Origin: Myxococcota bacterium
Lineage (GTDB): Bacteria > Myxococcota_A > SURF-8 > G963663525
Direction of reading: 5' to 3'
Assembly: GCA_963676915.2 (NCBI GenBank)
Contig: CAXXVK010000013.1
Span: 1 to 64,000, forward strand
Length of the DNA: 64,000 nucleotides
The notes under the pieces are model-generated. The model worked only from the letters and a program-made list of their open reading frames with translations, was not told where the DNA came from and searched no databases. Positions 48,142-57,991 of the stretch are shown here, one piece after another. Each line of letters starts with the position of its first letter. Position 1 is the stretch's first letter. A program made the translations under genes and the position numbers.

Positions 48142-50303
48142 ATCTTCCGAAAATCCGCATTGCAACGGGAGGATGCTCGAATGCTCTGTGTGCCGTTTGC
48201 ACTCAGCGGGGGCGAGTGGCTCCCCGACCTGTAAAAGATATTCTGGCCGAAATCGAAAGCGCCGCCGACAATGGTGCGAAGGATATTTACTTCGACGATC
48301 ACGAGCCGCTTTCCCATCCTGAAATCAAAGCGATAGTAGCGGCTTGTGTGCGTTATCGGTTGCGTTTTATTCTTGCTGCGAGTGGACGTGTGCCGCTTGT
48401 GCCGAGAACGCTGGATAATCTTCGAAAACTCGGTTTGAAAGCAGTAGTTTTTCGTTTAGCAGGATTTCACCCGGAGGTGGGGCAACTCGTCTGGGGTGAT
48501 CGGCGCGTGGGAGAACATGCCGAAAGTGCGTTGCGGACAATTCTCGATAGCGGGTTGCCTTGTGAAGTGGAATGTCCGGTAACTCCCGACAATCGTGGGA
48601 CGCTCGACCGCAGTCTTCTTGAGCTGGAACGGTGTTTCGGCCTTAAGGGAAGGCTTGTGGACTTTGACGGACGTTTTACCGAAGACATCACCCGTGCGGA
48701 GAAGCGCGTGGCAATCCGGCGGGGTGAAAATACCCCGGTACGCACCACTTGCGTTCGTTTCCATCCCGTAAGGAGCGAGGAAACGTTCGAGCCTTCTCAG
48801 TGTCCCTATCGTTCACGGGAAGATTCAGGTGAGTATGGTCCGAAATCTGCGTGGATAAGATTTCCCGATGGTTCTTGGAAGCGATTCGAAACCGATGAAG
48901 ATGTTTCACTTCATCTGACGGTGGCCAAAAATCTACGTGGTCGGATGCTGCTCCATGCGTCGGAGAGAACGTTGCCGGTAAGGCTCGACGACACTTGCAA
49001 AAGCTGCCCGCGCCTTGTGCGCTGCGGTGCGGCTTTTGTTCCCGACGATTCCCCGCACGAAATTTCCGACAAATCCGAGGAAGCTTGTTCGGCTCGTTTC
49101 GATGCGCTTCGAGAGGCTTTATCGAAGCATCCCGAGCGGCTGGAGGTCGCGGGAGCGTCTACGGTCTGTCATGCTGTGGAAGAAGGTGCGACGATTCCCG
49201 ACATTGTGGAAGAAGCGTCGCTGGAAACCTGGGAAGTTGTCGATATCGCTCGCCAATATGGCTATGGTGTCGTGGATTACGACCTGGACCGCAACGTGTT
49301 CGATGGTTCCTGGCGGCTAGTACTTGGGGAAGATTCGCCCGCTTTGCAACGTGCTCCGGGGGCGCTGGCCGTGTTGCAGCTTTCTTCGGCTTGTGTCAAC
49401 CGTTGCATTATGTGCAGCCTGCCGCAGATGTTCCACGGACAATGGGTGTCCAGCGAACATTCCGTTCGTCTGCTCGAAGAACTTTACTTGTTGGGCTACG
49501 ATACCTGCGACATTTTCGGCGGTGAAATAACCTTACGTAGCGATTTCGTCGAACTGCTGCGTTTCGCTAAGGAAATCGGCTTGCGGGCGACCTTCATCAG
49601 CTCGGGATACAACCTCGATCGTGCGCGTATCGATACTCTGGCCGAAGCTGGGGTGGACAAATGCACCCTCGCGTTGGATTCCCTCGATCCCGGACTTCAC
49701 GATGCGATCAAGAATCGGCCGGGCATCCACGAGCAAGCCATGCGTGCGATTCGTGCCGTGCTGGACAATGGCCGACTGCCTCTCGAAATCAACACCGTAG
49801 TGCTTACACAGAATGTCTATGAACTTCCCGAACTTCACAAGGCGTTGGCGAAGATGGGTATCCGGCGTCATCGGCTGTTTTACTGCATCGATGGCCTGTT
49901 CGGGATGGGAGATCCACCCTATCTGACCTACGACCAGGCCTTGGATTTCATCCGGGAGGTGCATCCGAATCTGATGCGCTTGAGCCAAGAGAACGGAACC
50001 CTGATCGACTGGTGTCCGCCGGTGGAGTTTTCACGACCCATCGAGGAAGAAGCGCGGAGGCTAAGTAAGGGAATTTACACGGATGATAGTGTATCCTGCA
50101 CGGCTCCGGGAAAAGAAATCTACGTGATGGTGGATGGTTCGGTGTATCCCTGTGTCAACCCGACGATCTGGCGGCACGAGGCCGTAGGCAAAGTGGGGAG
50201 GGATCGACTGATCGATATCGAACGCGGCTTCAAAATGCAGGAGTTTTGTCTAAAAGCCGGACATCTTCCCGCTTGTGCCAATTGCATTTCGAAACGAAGC
50301 TGA
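48138..50303 (+). CDS. Tandem radical SAM protein (degenerate N-terminal rSAM domain + canonical rSAM + SPASM/Twitch-like)
   Basis: ATGA overlap with upstream gene; CSNALCAVC; CKSCPRLVRC; CVNRCIMC with FGGE; C-terminal CTAP..DGSVYPC..CANC. Confidence 0.85.
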   Translation: MNLPKIRIATGGCSNALCAVCTQRGRVAPRPVKDILAEIESAADNGAKDIYFDDHEPLSHPEIKAIVAACVRYRLRFILAASGRVPLVPRTLDNLRKLGLKAVVFRLAGFHPEVGQLVWGDRRVGEHAESALRTILDSGLPCEVECPVTPDNRGTLDRSLLELERCFGLKGRLVDFDGRFTEDITRAEKRVAIRRGENTPVRTTCVRFHPVRSEETFEPSQCPYRSREDSGEYGPKSAWIRFPDGSWKRFETDEDVSLHLTVAKNLRGRMLLHASERTLPVRLDDTCKSCPRLVRCGAAFVPDDSPHEISDKSEEACSARFDALREALSKHPERLEVAGASTVCHAVEEGATIPDIVEEASLETWEVVDIARQYGYGVVDYDLDRNVFDGSWRLVLGEDSPALQRAPGALAVLQLSSACVNRCIMCSLPQMFHGQWVSSEHSVRLLEELYLLGYDTCDIFGGEITLRSDFVELLRFAKEIGLRATFISSGYNLDRARIDTLAEAGVDKCTLALDSLDPGLHDAIKNRPGIHEQAMRAIRAVLDNGRLPLEINTVVLTQNVYELPELHKALAKMGIRRHRLFYCIDGLFGMGDPPYLTYDQALDFIREVHPNLMRLSQENGTLIDWCPPVEFSRPIEEEARRLSKGIYTDDSVSCTAPGKEIYVMVDGSVYPCVNPTIWRHEAVGKVGRDRLIDIERGFKMQEFCLKAGHLPACANCISKRS

Positions 50304-50324
50304 TTACCGCGAAAAATCCCAGTG

Positions 50325-51026
50325 TCATTTTCCCGAAAAGCGATACGTTTGCCCGGCTTCGTCGAGGGTGAACGTTTCGCCTAACGGACTTTCCTGTTCC
50401 TCAGGATCGACCAGCCAGGCCCGAAGCGTGCGACCCACGGGAAGGTTTTCGCCGAGACAGGTAACCACGCTGTCACCTTCTGTTTCGGGTAGACAGGCGA
50501 AAGAGGGCAGCCGAAAGCCGGTTTCCACATCGTCGAAAGCCAACCTCCAGTCCGAGGCATTTTCCAAGGAAACTTCGGCTTGCCCGGTTTCGAGTGCTTC
50601 GACCACCAAAACCGCTTCGTGATTTTCACCCTCGGCGAGATCGATTTCCAACGGTTCGTCGGGGGCGTAGCTTTCGAGGCCGCCTTCGGTCATTCGAAAC
50701 AGTATCGCCGTGACTTGTCGCGCCTTGCCAGCATCCACCGACAGCGATACGTCGAGTGTCTCTTCCGTGTCTTCTGCGGTTGTGGAAATCTGCGCTGTGG
50801 CTGCTTCCGTCATGTCGTCGGCATCAACCGATACCCAGAGCCTCGAAGCGTAATCCCACTGGGAGGTCGAAGTTTCTTCGGTGCCGCCCTCGAAACGTTT
50901 CAGAGAAGGAGTGTTTTCGGTTGTAATGACCACCGCGACACCCGCCGGTGCAGGTTGGCTGTCAATGAAACATCCTGGAATCACAAGAGAAAACAAAATC
51001 AACAGTACGATGAATGAAGGTTTCAT
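50325..51026 (-). CDS. Hypothetical lipoprotein
   Basis: IPGC lipobox; GAGG RBS; beta-rich. Confidence 0.75.
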   Translation of the reverse strand: MKPSFIVLLILFSLVIPGCFIDSQPAPAGVAVVITTENTPSLKRFEGGTEETSTSQWDYASRLWVSVDADDMTEAATAQISTTAEDTEETLDVSLSVDAGKARQVTAILFRMTEGGLESYAPDEPLEIDLAEGENHEAVLVVEALETGQAEVSLENASDWRLAFDDVETGFRLPSFACLPETEGDSVVTCLGENLPVGRTLRAWLVDPEEQESPLGETFTLDEAGQTYRFSGK

Positions 51027-51030
51027 GACG

Positions 51031-51795
51031 TTACCTCACCTCTACGCGGACGTGCAGACGTGCCTTGCCGCGTTCGATTTCCACGCCCCCGTTTTCACCG
51101 CCGACATCCCCCGCTTCCGAGCCTCCACCACCGGAGTCGAGACAGATTGACTCACCGCCTCCACCGCCGCTTTCCTTGCTATCACCGGAGCCGCTGGAGC
51201 CTTCACCGGAACCGGCGGTGTTCGAAACCGTGATGTCGGGGGGCGTTTCAAAGGCAAGGGGAGCCATCGCGGATGCAGGCATAAGGGAATCGGAAAACGC
51301 GATGGTTCGTGACGTATTTTCTACCGGTTCCCAGCCTGTTTCGCTGTGATACCAGCAGGTGGGAGTTTCTTCCGTGCGATATGTTTCACCATCTTTCGGG
51401 GTGAACGAGGAGTTTTTTTCAAGACAGATCGACGATTGAGTAGTAGTGCGTTCGATGCTTGCAACTCCCTGAAAATTCAAAGGAAGTTCTTGATCTTTTG
51501 TTCCTAGAACTACGAGAACGGATTCCTCTGGGGCGGTTTGCAGGATCAGTTGCCCTTGGTTCAGATGAACGCCTTGTTTCAGGGCTATGTTGCTTTGCGC
51601 TTCCACGTCCACGATGGCACGACCCGGAAGCAGCAGACGGAGCCGGGAGTTTTTACCCGTGGAGACGTTTTGTACTTCCTCCGTGGGTTTGCAGGCTCTT
51701 TCGTCACAATGGGTCGGTCCTTCCGACGCCGTAACTCTCCAGTTCGTCGAAGCTATCGTGCTGCACACGAAAAGGCTGAGAATCCAGGCTACCAT
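51031..51795 (-). CDS. Exported FecR-like beta-rich protein with Gly/Ser-rich tail
   Basis: Signal peptide; AIVDVEAQSNIAL..LNQGQL FecR-like pattern; GS-rich tail. Confidence 0.55.
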   Translation of the reverse strand: MVAWILSLFVCSTIASTNWRVTASEGPTHCDERACKPTEEVQNVSTGKNSRLRLLLPGRAIVDVEAQSNIALKQGVHLNQGQLILQTAPEESVLVVLGTKDQELPLNFQGVASIERTTTQSSICLEKNSSFTPKDGETYRTEETPTCWYHSETGWEPVENTSRTIAFSDSLMPASAMAPLAFETPPDITVSNTAGSGEGSSGSGDSKESGGGGGESICLDSGGGGSEAGDVGGENGGVEIERGKARLHVRVEVR

Positions 51796-53339
51796 GATTG
51801 CCTCCAGGAGAACAGCAACGACACCGTGTGCCGTGAGTAGTCGTAAAATGAAACACTCGACAGGTTGGTAACGAGGTTGTAATTCAATCCCACTTCGAAA
51901 TCATCCAGGAAGGGATAGGCCGCTCCCGCACCGCCGGAGATGCGGTGGTCCTTGCGTTTTTGTCCCCAGGATACGGATTCGTCCGAATGAAAATGGTCGA
52001 TGTATTCGTAACGACTCCAGAAATTAAGTAAAAAACCTCCGGGGATCGAGGCGGACAATCCGCCGAACGGTCCTAAGCTCCAGCGGTCGTAATCGGCGCG
52101 GCGCGCGTCTTCGAAGCGCCCGGTCATTTCGAGGAAGAATTTCAGCTTCTGGTCCAGGAAGAAAAACGATTGTCCAAGCGAGCCGTTACCGGACCAGTTG
52201 TTTCGACCCAACAAACGGTAGAGGTTCCGTCCGAATCCGCCTCGTACCGTGGTTTCGCCGAAATCGTCTTCTTTGATCAACCATTTCACCCAACCCGAGT
52301 GAGTTTCACTGTAGAGATAGAGGCTGTCTTCGTCGGCTTTCGAGCCACCGTCCAGGAGACTTAAAGCTCCAGTATATCCGGCGTAGGCTTCTTGGTCTCG
52401 CCCGAATCCGTGAAAGCGATGCCGGTAGCGAGCGCTCCAAGCACCGGATGTCGATGAAAAATCATTGGCCGGATCGGTGAAATAGGTGCTTCGATTAAAC
52501 GACAGATCCACTCCGGCTAAATGGCGAGGAGTCCTTAAGGGAGAAAACGCCAGCGAAGCTCCCGTCGTAACGGCCGGAGATCCGGGACTTTTTCCTTCAC
52601 CCAAAGGTTGATCGTCCGGTTGTTGCACGACATTGGAATCGTACTGCAACCCCAGCGTGATGCGCAGGTCGAGCCACGGGTCCGCCGCACCGTCACCATA
52701 GGTTCTTTCCAGTAGTTGCCGGGTGGCTTCATGGAATCTCGGATCGCTCGATGGATCGTCGAGAAAACGGGTGAAGGCGTTGCGTGCTTCGCCCTTGTCC
52801 CCTGTAAACAGAAAGGTTTGTCCTTTATAGAAATCCAGCAGAGGAAAATCTTTTGAGGATTTTTTCGGGATTGCACGAAAATGGGTCAAAGCCGTTTTGG
52901 GATCGCCCAATTCCATGGAAGCCAATCCCATCAGATAATTCCAGCGATTGCGATCGGTTGGCAACGAGGGAGACAGCTTTTTAAGTGTTCGCAGCGCCCA
53001 GGTGTTTTTTTTCTGCGCCAAAAACGCTTCGGAAAGACGGAACGAGATATCCAGTCGTTCGGGAGCGAGGCGAGTGGCACGATAAAGTTGTTTTTCGGCA
53101 GCTTTCCATTCACCTCGGCTGGCATACATTCGGGCCAGCGATAAACGGGCGTTCAGGCAGGACGGATCGGCCTTCAGTGCCGTTTCATACGCTTCGATAG
53201 CGGCGGTCGTGTCGTTGGAATGCTCAAGGTACGTTCCTTGTTCGCTCCAAAACGCGCACGTTTGCGCCCAAAGGGGAAAAGGTACGCAGAAAATCCACAA
53301 GATCCACAGGTACAGGTACGTTCGTTTCACGGGCGTCAC
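51789..53339 (-). CDS. TPR plus C-terminal outer-membrane beta-barrel protein (Slam/DUF560-like architecture)
   Basis: Signal peptide; TPRs; GLQYDSNV barrel start; ends YDYSRHTVSLLFSWRQSW. Confidence 0.7.
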   Translation of the reverse strand: MTPVKRTYLYLWILWIFCVPFPLWAQTCAFWSEQGTYLEHSNDTTAAIEAYETALKADPSCLNARLSLARMYASRGEWKAAEKQLYRATRLAPERLDISFRLSEAFLAQKKNTWALRTLKKLSPSLPTDRNRWNYLMGLASMELGDPKTALTHFRAIPKKSSKDFPLLDFYKGQTFLFTGDKGEARNAFTRFLDDPSSDPRFHEATRQLLERTYGDGAADPWLDLRITLGLQYDSNVVQQPDDQPLGEGKSPGSPAVTTGASLAFSPLRTPRHLAGVDLSFNRSTYFTDPANDFSSTSGAWSARYRHRFHGFGRDQEAYAGYTGALSLLDGGSKADEDSLYLYSETHSGWVKWLIKEDDFGETTVRGGFGRNLYRLLGRNNWSGNGSLGQSFFFLDQKLKFFLEMTGRFEDARRADYDRWSLGPFGGLSASIPGGFLLNFWSRYEYIDHFHSDESVSWGQKRKDHRISGGAGAAYPFLDDFEVGLNYNLVTNLSSVSFYDYSRHTVSLLFSWRQSW

Positions 53340-53481
53340 TCCGGTTTCGAATCACTTATTTTCCCTGTTGTACCGCTCTTTTGGGTGGCTTTCAAGCGGG
53401 AAATGGGGGGAATTTGACCGGAATACGATACGCTCTCGTGCGTTGTGGCAGATGATAAGAAAAACCGTTGTCGGTGAGATT

Positions 53482-53901
53482 TCAGGAACTGTGGTGTTCG
53501 AGGTATTTGTCTTCGTTAGAGCGCGTTGGCATCGTCAGGAGCATCAACACGACGGACCAGACACCGAAACCGAGCAAATAGGCGAGGTCGGCTCCCATGA
53601 TGTAAAGAACCAATCCGTATATGGCTATGGACTCACTCAAAGCCCAGCGAATAATGAGATAGCTCGTGTACGGCAACCGTCCAAAGAGACGCCCGGCCAG
53701 TAAAATCACCCCCGTCATACCCATGGAAATCGCAGTCAACGCCATCAACAGCGTTTGCACGAAATTTTCGTCGCCAGCGGGAAAATCGCCGAACGTCCTC
53801 AACACGAAACCGGCGGCGAGATAAAGAAACACCGAAAGGGTTAGTGTACCCCAGACGACCCACATCCTCGTTCGCATGGCATGATCGGTCGGTGTTTCCA
53901 T
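53482..53901 (-). CDS. Four-TM membrane protein, hypothetical
   Basis: Hydrophobic ORF; WALSESIAIYGLVL; GAGG RBS. Confidence 0.75.
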   Translation of the reverse strand: METPTDHAMRTRMWVVWGTLTLSVFLYLAAGFVLRTFGDFPAGDENFVQTLLMALTAISMGMTGVILLAGRLFGRLPYTSYLIIRWALSESIAIYGLVLYIMGADLAYLLGFGVWSVVLMLLTMPTRSNEDKYLEHHSS

Positions 53902-53904
53902 GGT

Positions 53905-54426
53905 TCAATCCTCCTCGGGCGGCTCTACGGGCGTGGTTCCACGAATTTCACTGGCGCTTTTGGTAGACTTTTTTTTGGCGGCGCTGCTTTTGGCGATGCG
54001 TCCCGTTTGAATCCCATCGGTCATCATCTGCGAGGTGGATTTTTCAAATTCTTTGGCATCGATTTCAGGGACGCGAATTCTGGAACGCTCGTTTTTGCGT
54101 TCTTGGAATTCTTTTTCCTCCGCACGGAACTTTATCAACACGCGAAACGCTACGAAGATTGCTGCACCGACCTGAATGGCCATCCAAAGCCAGCGCAATC
54201 CCAATGACCAGGATACGAAAATCGTACCGATGTTGACACCTACAACGCCGCAAATCAGAGCGAATTCGAGTTCTAGCCCGTTGAAGGCGTAAAAGATATA
54301 ATTTTCCGGCGTAAGTTTCAATAACGTGCGAATCCGATCTCGTACTGGGGCATAGTTTTTATATCCGAAAAATCCCGCAGCAACTCCCAGTGCGATCGAA
54401 ATCAGGGTGCCGATGAAGCTGCCCAT
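53905..54426 (-). CDS. Membrane protein, hypothetical
   Basis: 3 TM segments plus charged tail; GAGGAG RBS. Confidence 0.7.
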   Translation of the reverse strand: MGSFIGTLISIALGVAAGFFGYKNYAPVRDRIRTLLKLTPENYIFYAFNGLELEFALICGVVGVNIGTIFVSWSLGLRWLWMAIQVGAAIFVAFRVLIKFRAEEKEFQERKNERSRIRVPEIDAKEFEKSTSQMMTDGIQTGRIAKSSAAKKKSTKSASEIRGTTPVEPPEED

Positions 54427-54470
54427 GCTCCTCTCCTTTTCTACGGAAAATCAGTTTCATTTATTCATCG

Positions 54471-54500
54471 AAAAAGGCGGGAAGACACCTCTTCCCGCCT
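54471..54500 (-). terminator. Rho-independent terminator
   Basis: 11-bp stem AGGCGGGAAGA/TCTTCCCGCCT, 4-nt loop, U-tract on the minus strand. Confidence 0.8.
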
Positions 54501-54556
54501 GAAAGCACGTTCCTTTGCGTCACGCTCTCGTGATGAAACGAAAGAACGTTTACACG

Positions 54557-55630
54557 CTACTTGACGCGGAAGATATTGTAGCTGGCTTTGCCACCCTTGA
54601 TTTTCAACACGGCGGCCAAACCCTTCGAGACTTTGCCGTCGTTCATTTGCCAGGGGTCGGAATCGGCAGCGCCGGGGTTGAGGTAGAGTTTGTCCGAAAG
54701 GGTGCCTTCGGCTACGACACTTTTGAAATCTCCGGCCATGGCTTTGCTTCCGGCTTCTTGAATGTTGGAGAAAATGCCGAAGTTGATGTTGTTGGATTTG
54801 AGGAATCCGGTCAACTTGGCATCACCCACGTTTCCACCCTCGGCAGCGAAATCGATGGCGGTTTTTCCAGTGCCTTTCGGTGCGGCATGACCCAACAAGA
54901 CGGTGTTGCCTTTGGCACCTTTTCGCCATGTACCCAGTTGTCCCAGTTCCTTCGCGGTGTAGACACAGCCCGGTTTGTTGTGCATGAAATTCGTGTCGTA
55001 GTAACCGGGAAGGGTCAGAAGATCCACATCGTCGGTGACGAAATAACGGACCTTGTTGCCGTTGATCAGGTTCGGATAGGTTCCCGCCAATTCACCGAAA
55101 GCTTTGTCGAAGTCGTCGGCTTTTTCACGGTTTCCAACGATCACGAAGGTCAGCAGACCTTTTTTGCCCAAGAACGTGAGGATTTTTTTGAGATCGTTGT
55201 ACTTTTCACCGGAGTCGCCACCGACCAGCACGGCATCCACTTTGTTTTCGGCGAACCAGGCGAACATTTTGTCCAGCCCTTTGTACGTGGCGTCCAGATC
55301 GGTTTTGATGTTGGCCAGCACACCGAAGGTGAATTCGCTGTCGGCATCGTTATCCAACAGGGAAAGTTTATTTCCGTTGAGTTGGTATTTCTTTCCACCG
55401 ACCGTAAAGGATTTCGCGGCTTTGACATCTTTACCGAAGCAGGCATTGGCAAGATCGAAAGCCGGAGCTTTCGCTTCTTCTTTTTTCGGTTCTTCGACCT
55501 TTTTAGCCGCTTCCTGCTTGGCTTTTTCGTCCTTTTTCTGCTCGAGTTTTTCCCGATAAGTCTGACCCTGGCAGGCGGTCGTCAGGAGAAATGCAAGAAG
55601 CATCAGCATCCATAGCATTTTTTTTGTCAT
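54557..55630 (-). CDS. Metallophosphoesterase-fold lipoprotein with degenerate metal ligands
   Basis: TTAC lipobox; DAVLVGGD, VIVGNRE, LLGHAAP. Confidence 0.75.
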   Translation of the reverse strand: MTKKMLWMLMLLAFLLTTACQGQTYREKLEQKKDEKAKQEAAKKVEEPKKEEAKAPAFDLANACFGKDVKAAKSFTVGGKKYQLNGNKLSLLDNDADSEFTFGVLANIKTDLDATYKGLDKMFAWFAENKVDAVLVGGDSGEKYNDLKKILTFLGKKGLLTFVIVGNREKADDFDKAFGELAGTYPNLINGNKVRYFVTDDVDLLTLPGYYDTNFMHNKPGCVYTAKELGQLGTWRKGAKGNTVLLGHAAPKGTGKTAIDFAAEGGNVGDAKLTGFLKSNNINFGIFSNIQEAGSKAMAGDFKSVVAEGTLSDKLYLNPGAADSDPWQMNDGKVSKGLAAVLKIKGGKASYNIFRVK

Positions 55631-55691
55631 CGTTTCGTCCCTTTCCGAATAAAAACGGTCGTTTCCACGATATGAGGCTTGTTGATCATTG

Positions 55692-55855
55692 GAAGCCATC
55701 CTAAGAATACTCTCCTGTCGCCTTTCGGATACTTTCGAGCAACTTCGCTGCCGGTCTCGACTTGAAAGACTTCCGGTATTTCGCGTCTCACCAACGACGA
55801 ATTCGTCTCGAAATCATCTCGAAATCCTCGGTCGGTATTATTAGGATGACTTCTA
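55692..55855. mobile_element. MITE-like element with imperfect terminal inverted repeats
   Basis: GAAGCCATCCTAAGAATAC (55692-55710) vs reverse complement of 55835-55853, 17/19; right end repeated at 10747-10782. Confidence 0.6.
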
Positions 55856-55993
55856 GTCGTTTGTCTTCTCGCAGTATACCCAGTCCTTCAACCGAGTAAA
55901 GTATTTTTAGGCCAACATTTCCATGGAAATGGTTTGGCGAAACACAACACTCTCGGCAAAAAAACTTCAGATTTCCTGAAACTTATGCGGGAA

Positions 55994-57136
55994 TCAGCTA
56001 AACCACTCCAGAACGCGATCCAAAAAGCCCTTTTCTTCTTTTGTCTGGATTTTTCTTTTGCAACAGATCTCGTCGAATTTCTTCAACAAATCCTTCATTT
56101 CGGCATTGACTTTTTTCGGCACCAGGATGTGCACGCGGACGTGCTGGTCGCCTCGGCCATAGCGTCCCAGGCGAGGCATTCCTTTGCCTTTCAGCCGGAA
56201 AAGTTGGCCCGAAGCCGTGCCCTTGGGAATGTCCAGCTCGGCTTCGCCATCCAATGTCGGAACCGTCACCTTGCCACCCAACACGGCCTGGGTGAATGTA
56301 ATCGTAGTATCCACAACGATATCTTCGTTTACGCGACGGAAGGTATCGTGCGGTTTGAGATTGACAACCACGTACAGGTCACCTGCCGGTCCACCTCCGC
56401 TGCCGGATTCGCCTTCGCCACGCAGTTTCAGGCGTTGCCCGTGGTCGATGCCTGCCGGAACGTTGACGGTCAAATTGCGCTTGTGCGACTGGTACCCGGT
56501 GCCGTGGCAGTCCGAACATTTGTCACGAACGACACTTCCGCGCCCCTGGCAGGTGGGACAGGTCTGGGACATCGCCAGAATACCGTGCTGAATCCTGACG
56601 TGGCCCGATCCGTGGCACATGGAACAGGTTTCGGGGCTGGTTCCCGGCTTCGCACCGGAACCGTCGCAGGTCTGGCAGGTTTCGCGCCGAGGCACCTCGA
56701 TTTCTCGTTCTACACCTTTGGCGGCTTCTTCCAGGGTCAATTCCATGTCGTAGCGCAGATCATCTCCGCGCCGTCCTCGGGAACGTCGCCCGAAACCTCC
56801 GAAGGCATCGCCGAAGAAATCTCCGAAAAGGTCGCCCAGAATATCGCCCAGTCCTCCACCGGCGGCGAAATTGTCGAAATCGAACCCACCGAAACCGGGT
56901 TGGCCGTTGGCGGCGTGACCATAGCGGTCGTACATCTGGCGTTTTTGAGCGTTGGAAAGCACTTCGTATGCTTCGGCGGCTTCCTTGAATTTCTCGGCAG
57001 CCTGGGGATTGTCCTTGTTGCGATCCGGATGGTATTGAATCGCCAGTTTACGAAAGGCTTTTTTGATTTCGGTTGCGTCCGCCTCCCGGCCAACGCCGAG
57101 AACCTCGTAGTAATCTCTTTTCTGTTCCGCTGCCAC
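55994..57136 (-). CDS. dnaJ: Chaperone DnaJ
   Basis: [13 protein letters not shown] region, four CxxCxGxG zinc-finger repeats. Confidence 0.97.
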   Translation of the reverse strand: MAAEQKRDYYEVLGVGREADATEIKKAFRKLAIQYHPDRNKDNPQAAEKFKEAAEAYEVLSNAQKRQMYDRYGHAANGQPGFGGFDFDNFAAGGGLGDILGDLFGDFFGDAFGGFGRRSRGRRGDDLRYDMELTLEEAAKGVEREIEVPRRETCQTCDGSGAKPGTSPETCSMCHGSGHVRIQHGILAMSQTCPTCQGRGSVVRDKCSDCHGTGYQSHKRNLTVNVPAGIDHGQRLKLRGEGESGSGGGPAGDLYVVVNLKPHDTFRRVNEDIVVDTTITFTQAVLGGKVTVPTLDGEAELDIPKGTASGQLFRLKGKGMPRLGRYGRGDQHVRVHILVPKKVNAEMKDLLKKFDEICCKRKIQTKEEKGFLDRVLEWFS

Positions 57137-57265
57137 CTGATCAACCCTGCCTTCCTGAACGAATGGAGTGCCTAACACACACCAAGACGACTCCTCCCCA
57201 AAAGATGCTCTATATCAATAAGTCCGTCCGCTGGAGAAGCAAGAAAAAAACGTAGGTATCCATCC

Positions 57266-57467
57266 GGGTGCATCACAAAACGTAGGGAATTGGCCCAACA
57301 ATATTGAATCATTCATTCATTGGGTTGTAGCGGCGAGGCGTAAGCCCGCCGAAAAGGGAGATTGGGGGCATAAAAGCAACTTTCAAAAGGCAAAAACGGC
57401 GGGCTTACGCCTCGCCGCTACGAAAAAAGAGGATTTTACGAAAGTCGCACTATTTTGTGATGCACCC
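57266..57467. mobile_element. 202-bp MITE with 15-bp perfect TIRs, 9-bp target duplication and internal REP doublet
   Basis: TIR GGGTGCATCACAAAA / TTTTGTGATGCACCC; TSD TATCCATCC at 57257-57265 and 57468-57476; inverted GTAGCGGCGAGGCGTAAGCCCGCCG at 57327-57351 and 57397-57421. Confidence 0.9.
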
Positions 57468-57601
57468 TATCCATCCCGAAGAGAGTGAATTCTTTTGTGG
57501 GAAATTTACGAAATGGAGAGAATTCCTGACCCGGCATGAAAGGGTATCGGACTGAAAACCAGCCTGACCGGGTTTTCTTTATCCGTGAATCCGATGAATT
57601 A

Positions 57602-57898
57602 TCAATTCAATGGGGATAGAGAAACGACTTTGTCTGGTCCACCCAAAAAGTCCGGGACGCGGATCGTTGCCCCATCGTTAGTTTCGGTAAAGGACATCAC
57701 CGTTCGTGCAAAGGCTTCGATATCCGCCCGATAACCGCACTTTCTGCAACGCACGAAGGTTTCGCCCTCGGAAGTTTCCAGCGTATACAGCGCGTAACTT
57801 TTGCAATCGGGACATTTGTACTCTTTGATGTACGGCTTGAGGCTTTCCGTCCACGGGAAAATTTTCTTTTGGGCAGGTCGCTTCGGACGTTGAGGCAT
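57602..57898 (-). CDS. Small zinc-ribbon protein
   Basis: CPDC...CRKCGY; GGAG RBS. Confidence 0.7.
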   Translation of the reverse strand: MPQRPKRPAQKKIFPWTESLKPYIKEYKCPDCKSYALYTLETSEGETFVRCRKCGYRADIEAFARTVMSFTETNDGATIRVPDFLGGPDKVVSLSPLN

Positions 57899-57991
57899 GG
57901 TTTCTCCATAGTCGTGACGAAAACTTGAACCTCGTTATACTCTTTTTCTTTTGGGAATCAAAACATTTAAAAAGAAGGAGAAGAAACTTGC

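Noticed and set aside
46138-50324. RiPP precursor peptide next to the radical SAM genes
   Set aside because: Intergenic gaps are only ~100 bp and ~20 bp with no credible small ORF
54515-55615. 366-aa plus-strand ORF
   Set aside because: Antisense to the lipoprotein gene, which has a lipobox, motifs and a terminator
55934-57175. 413-aa plus-strand ORF
   Set aside because: Antisense shadow of dnaJ
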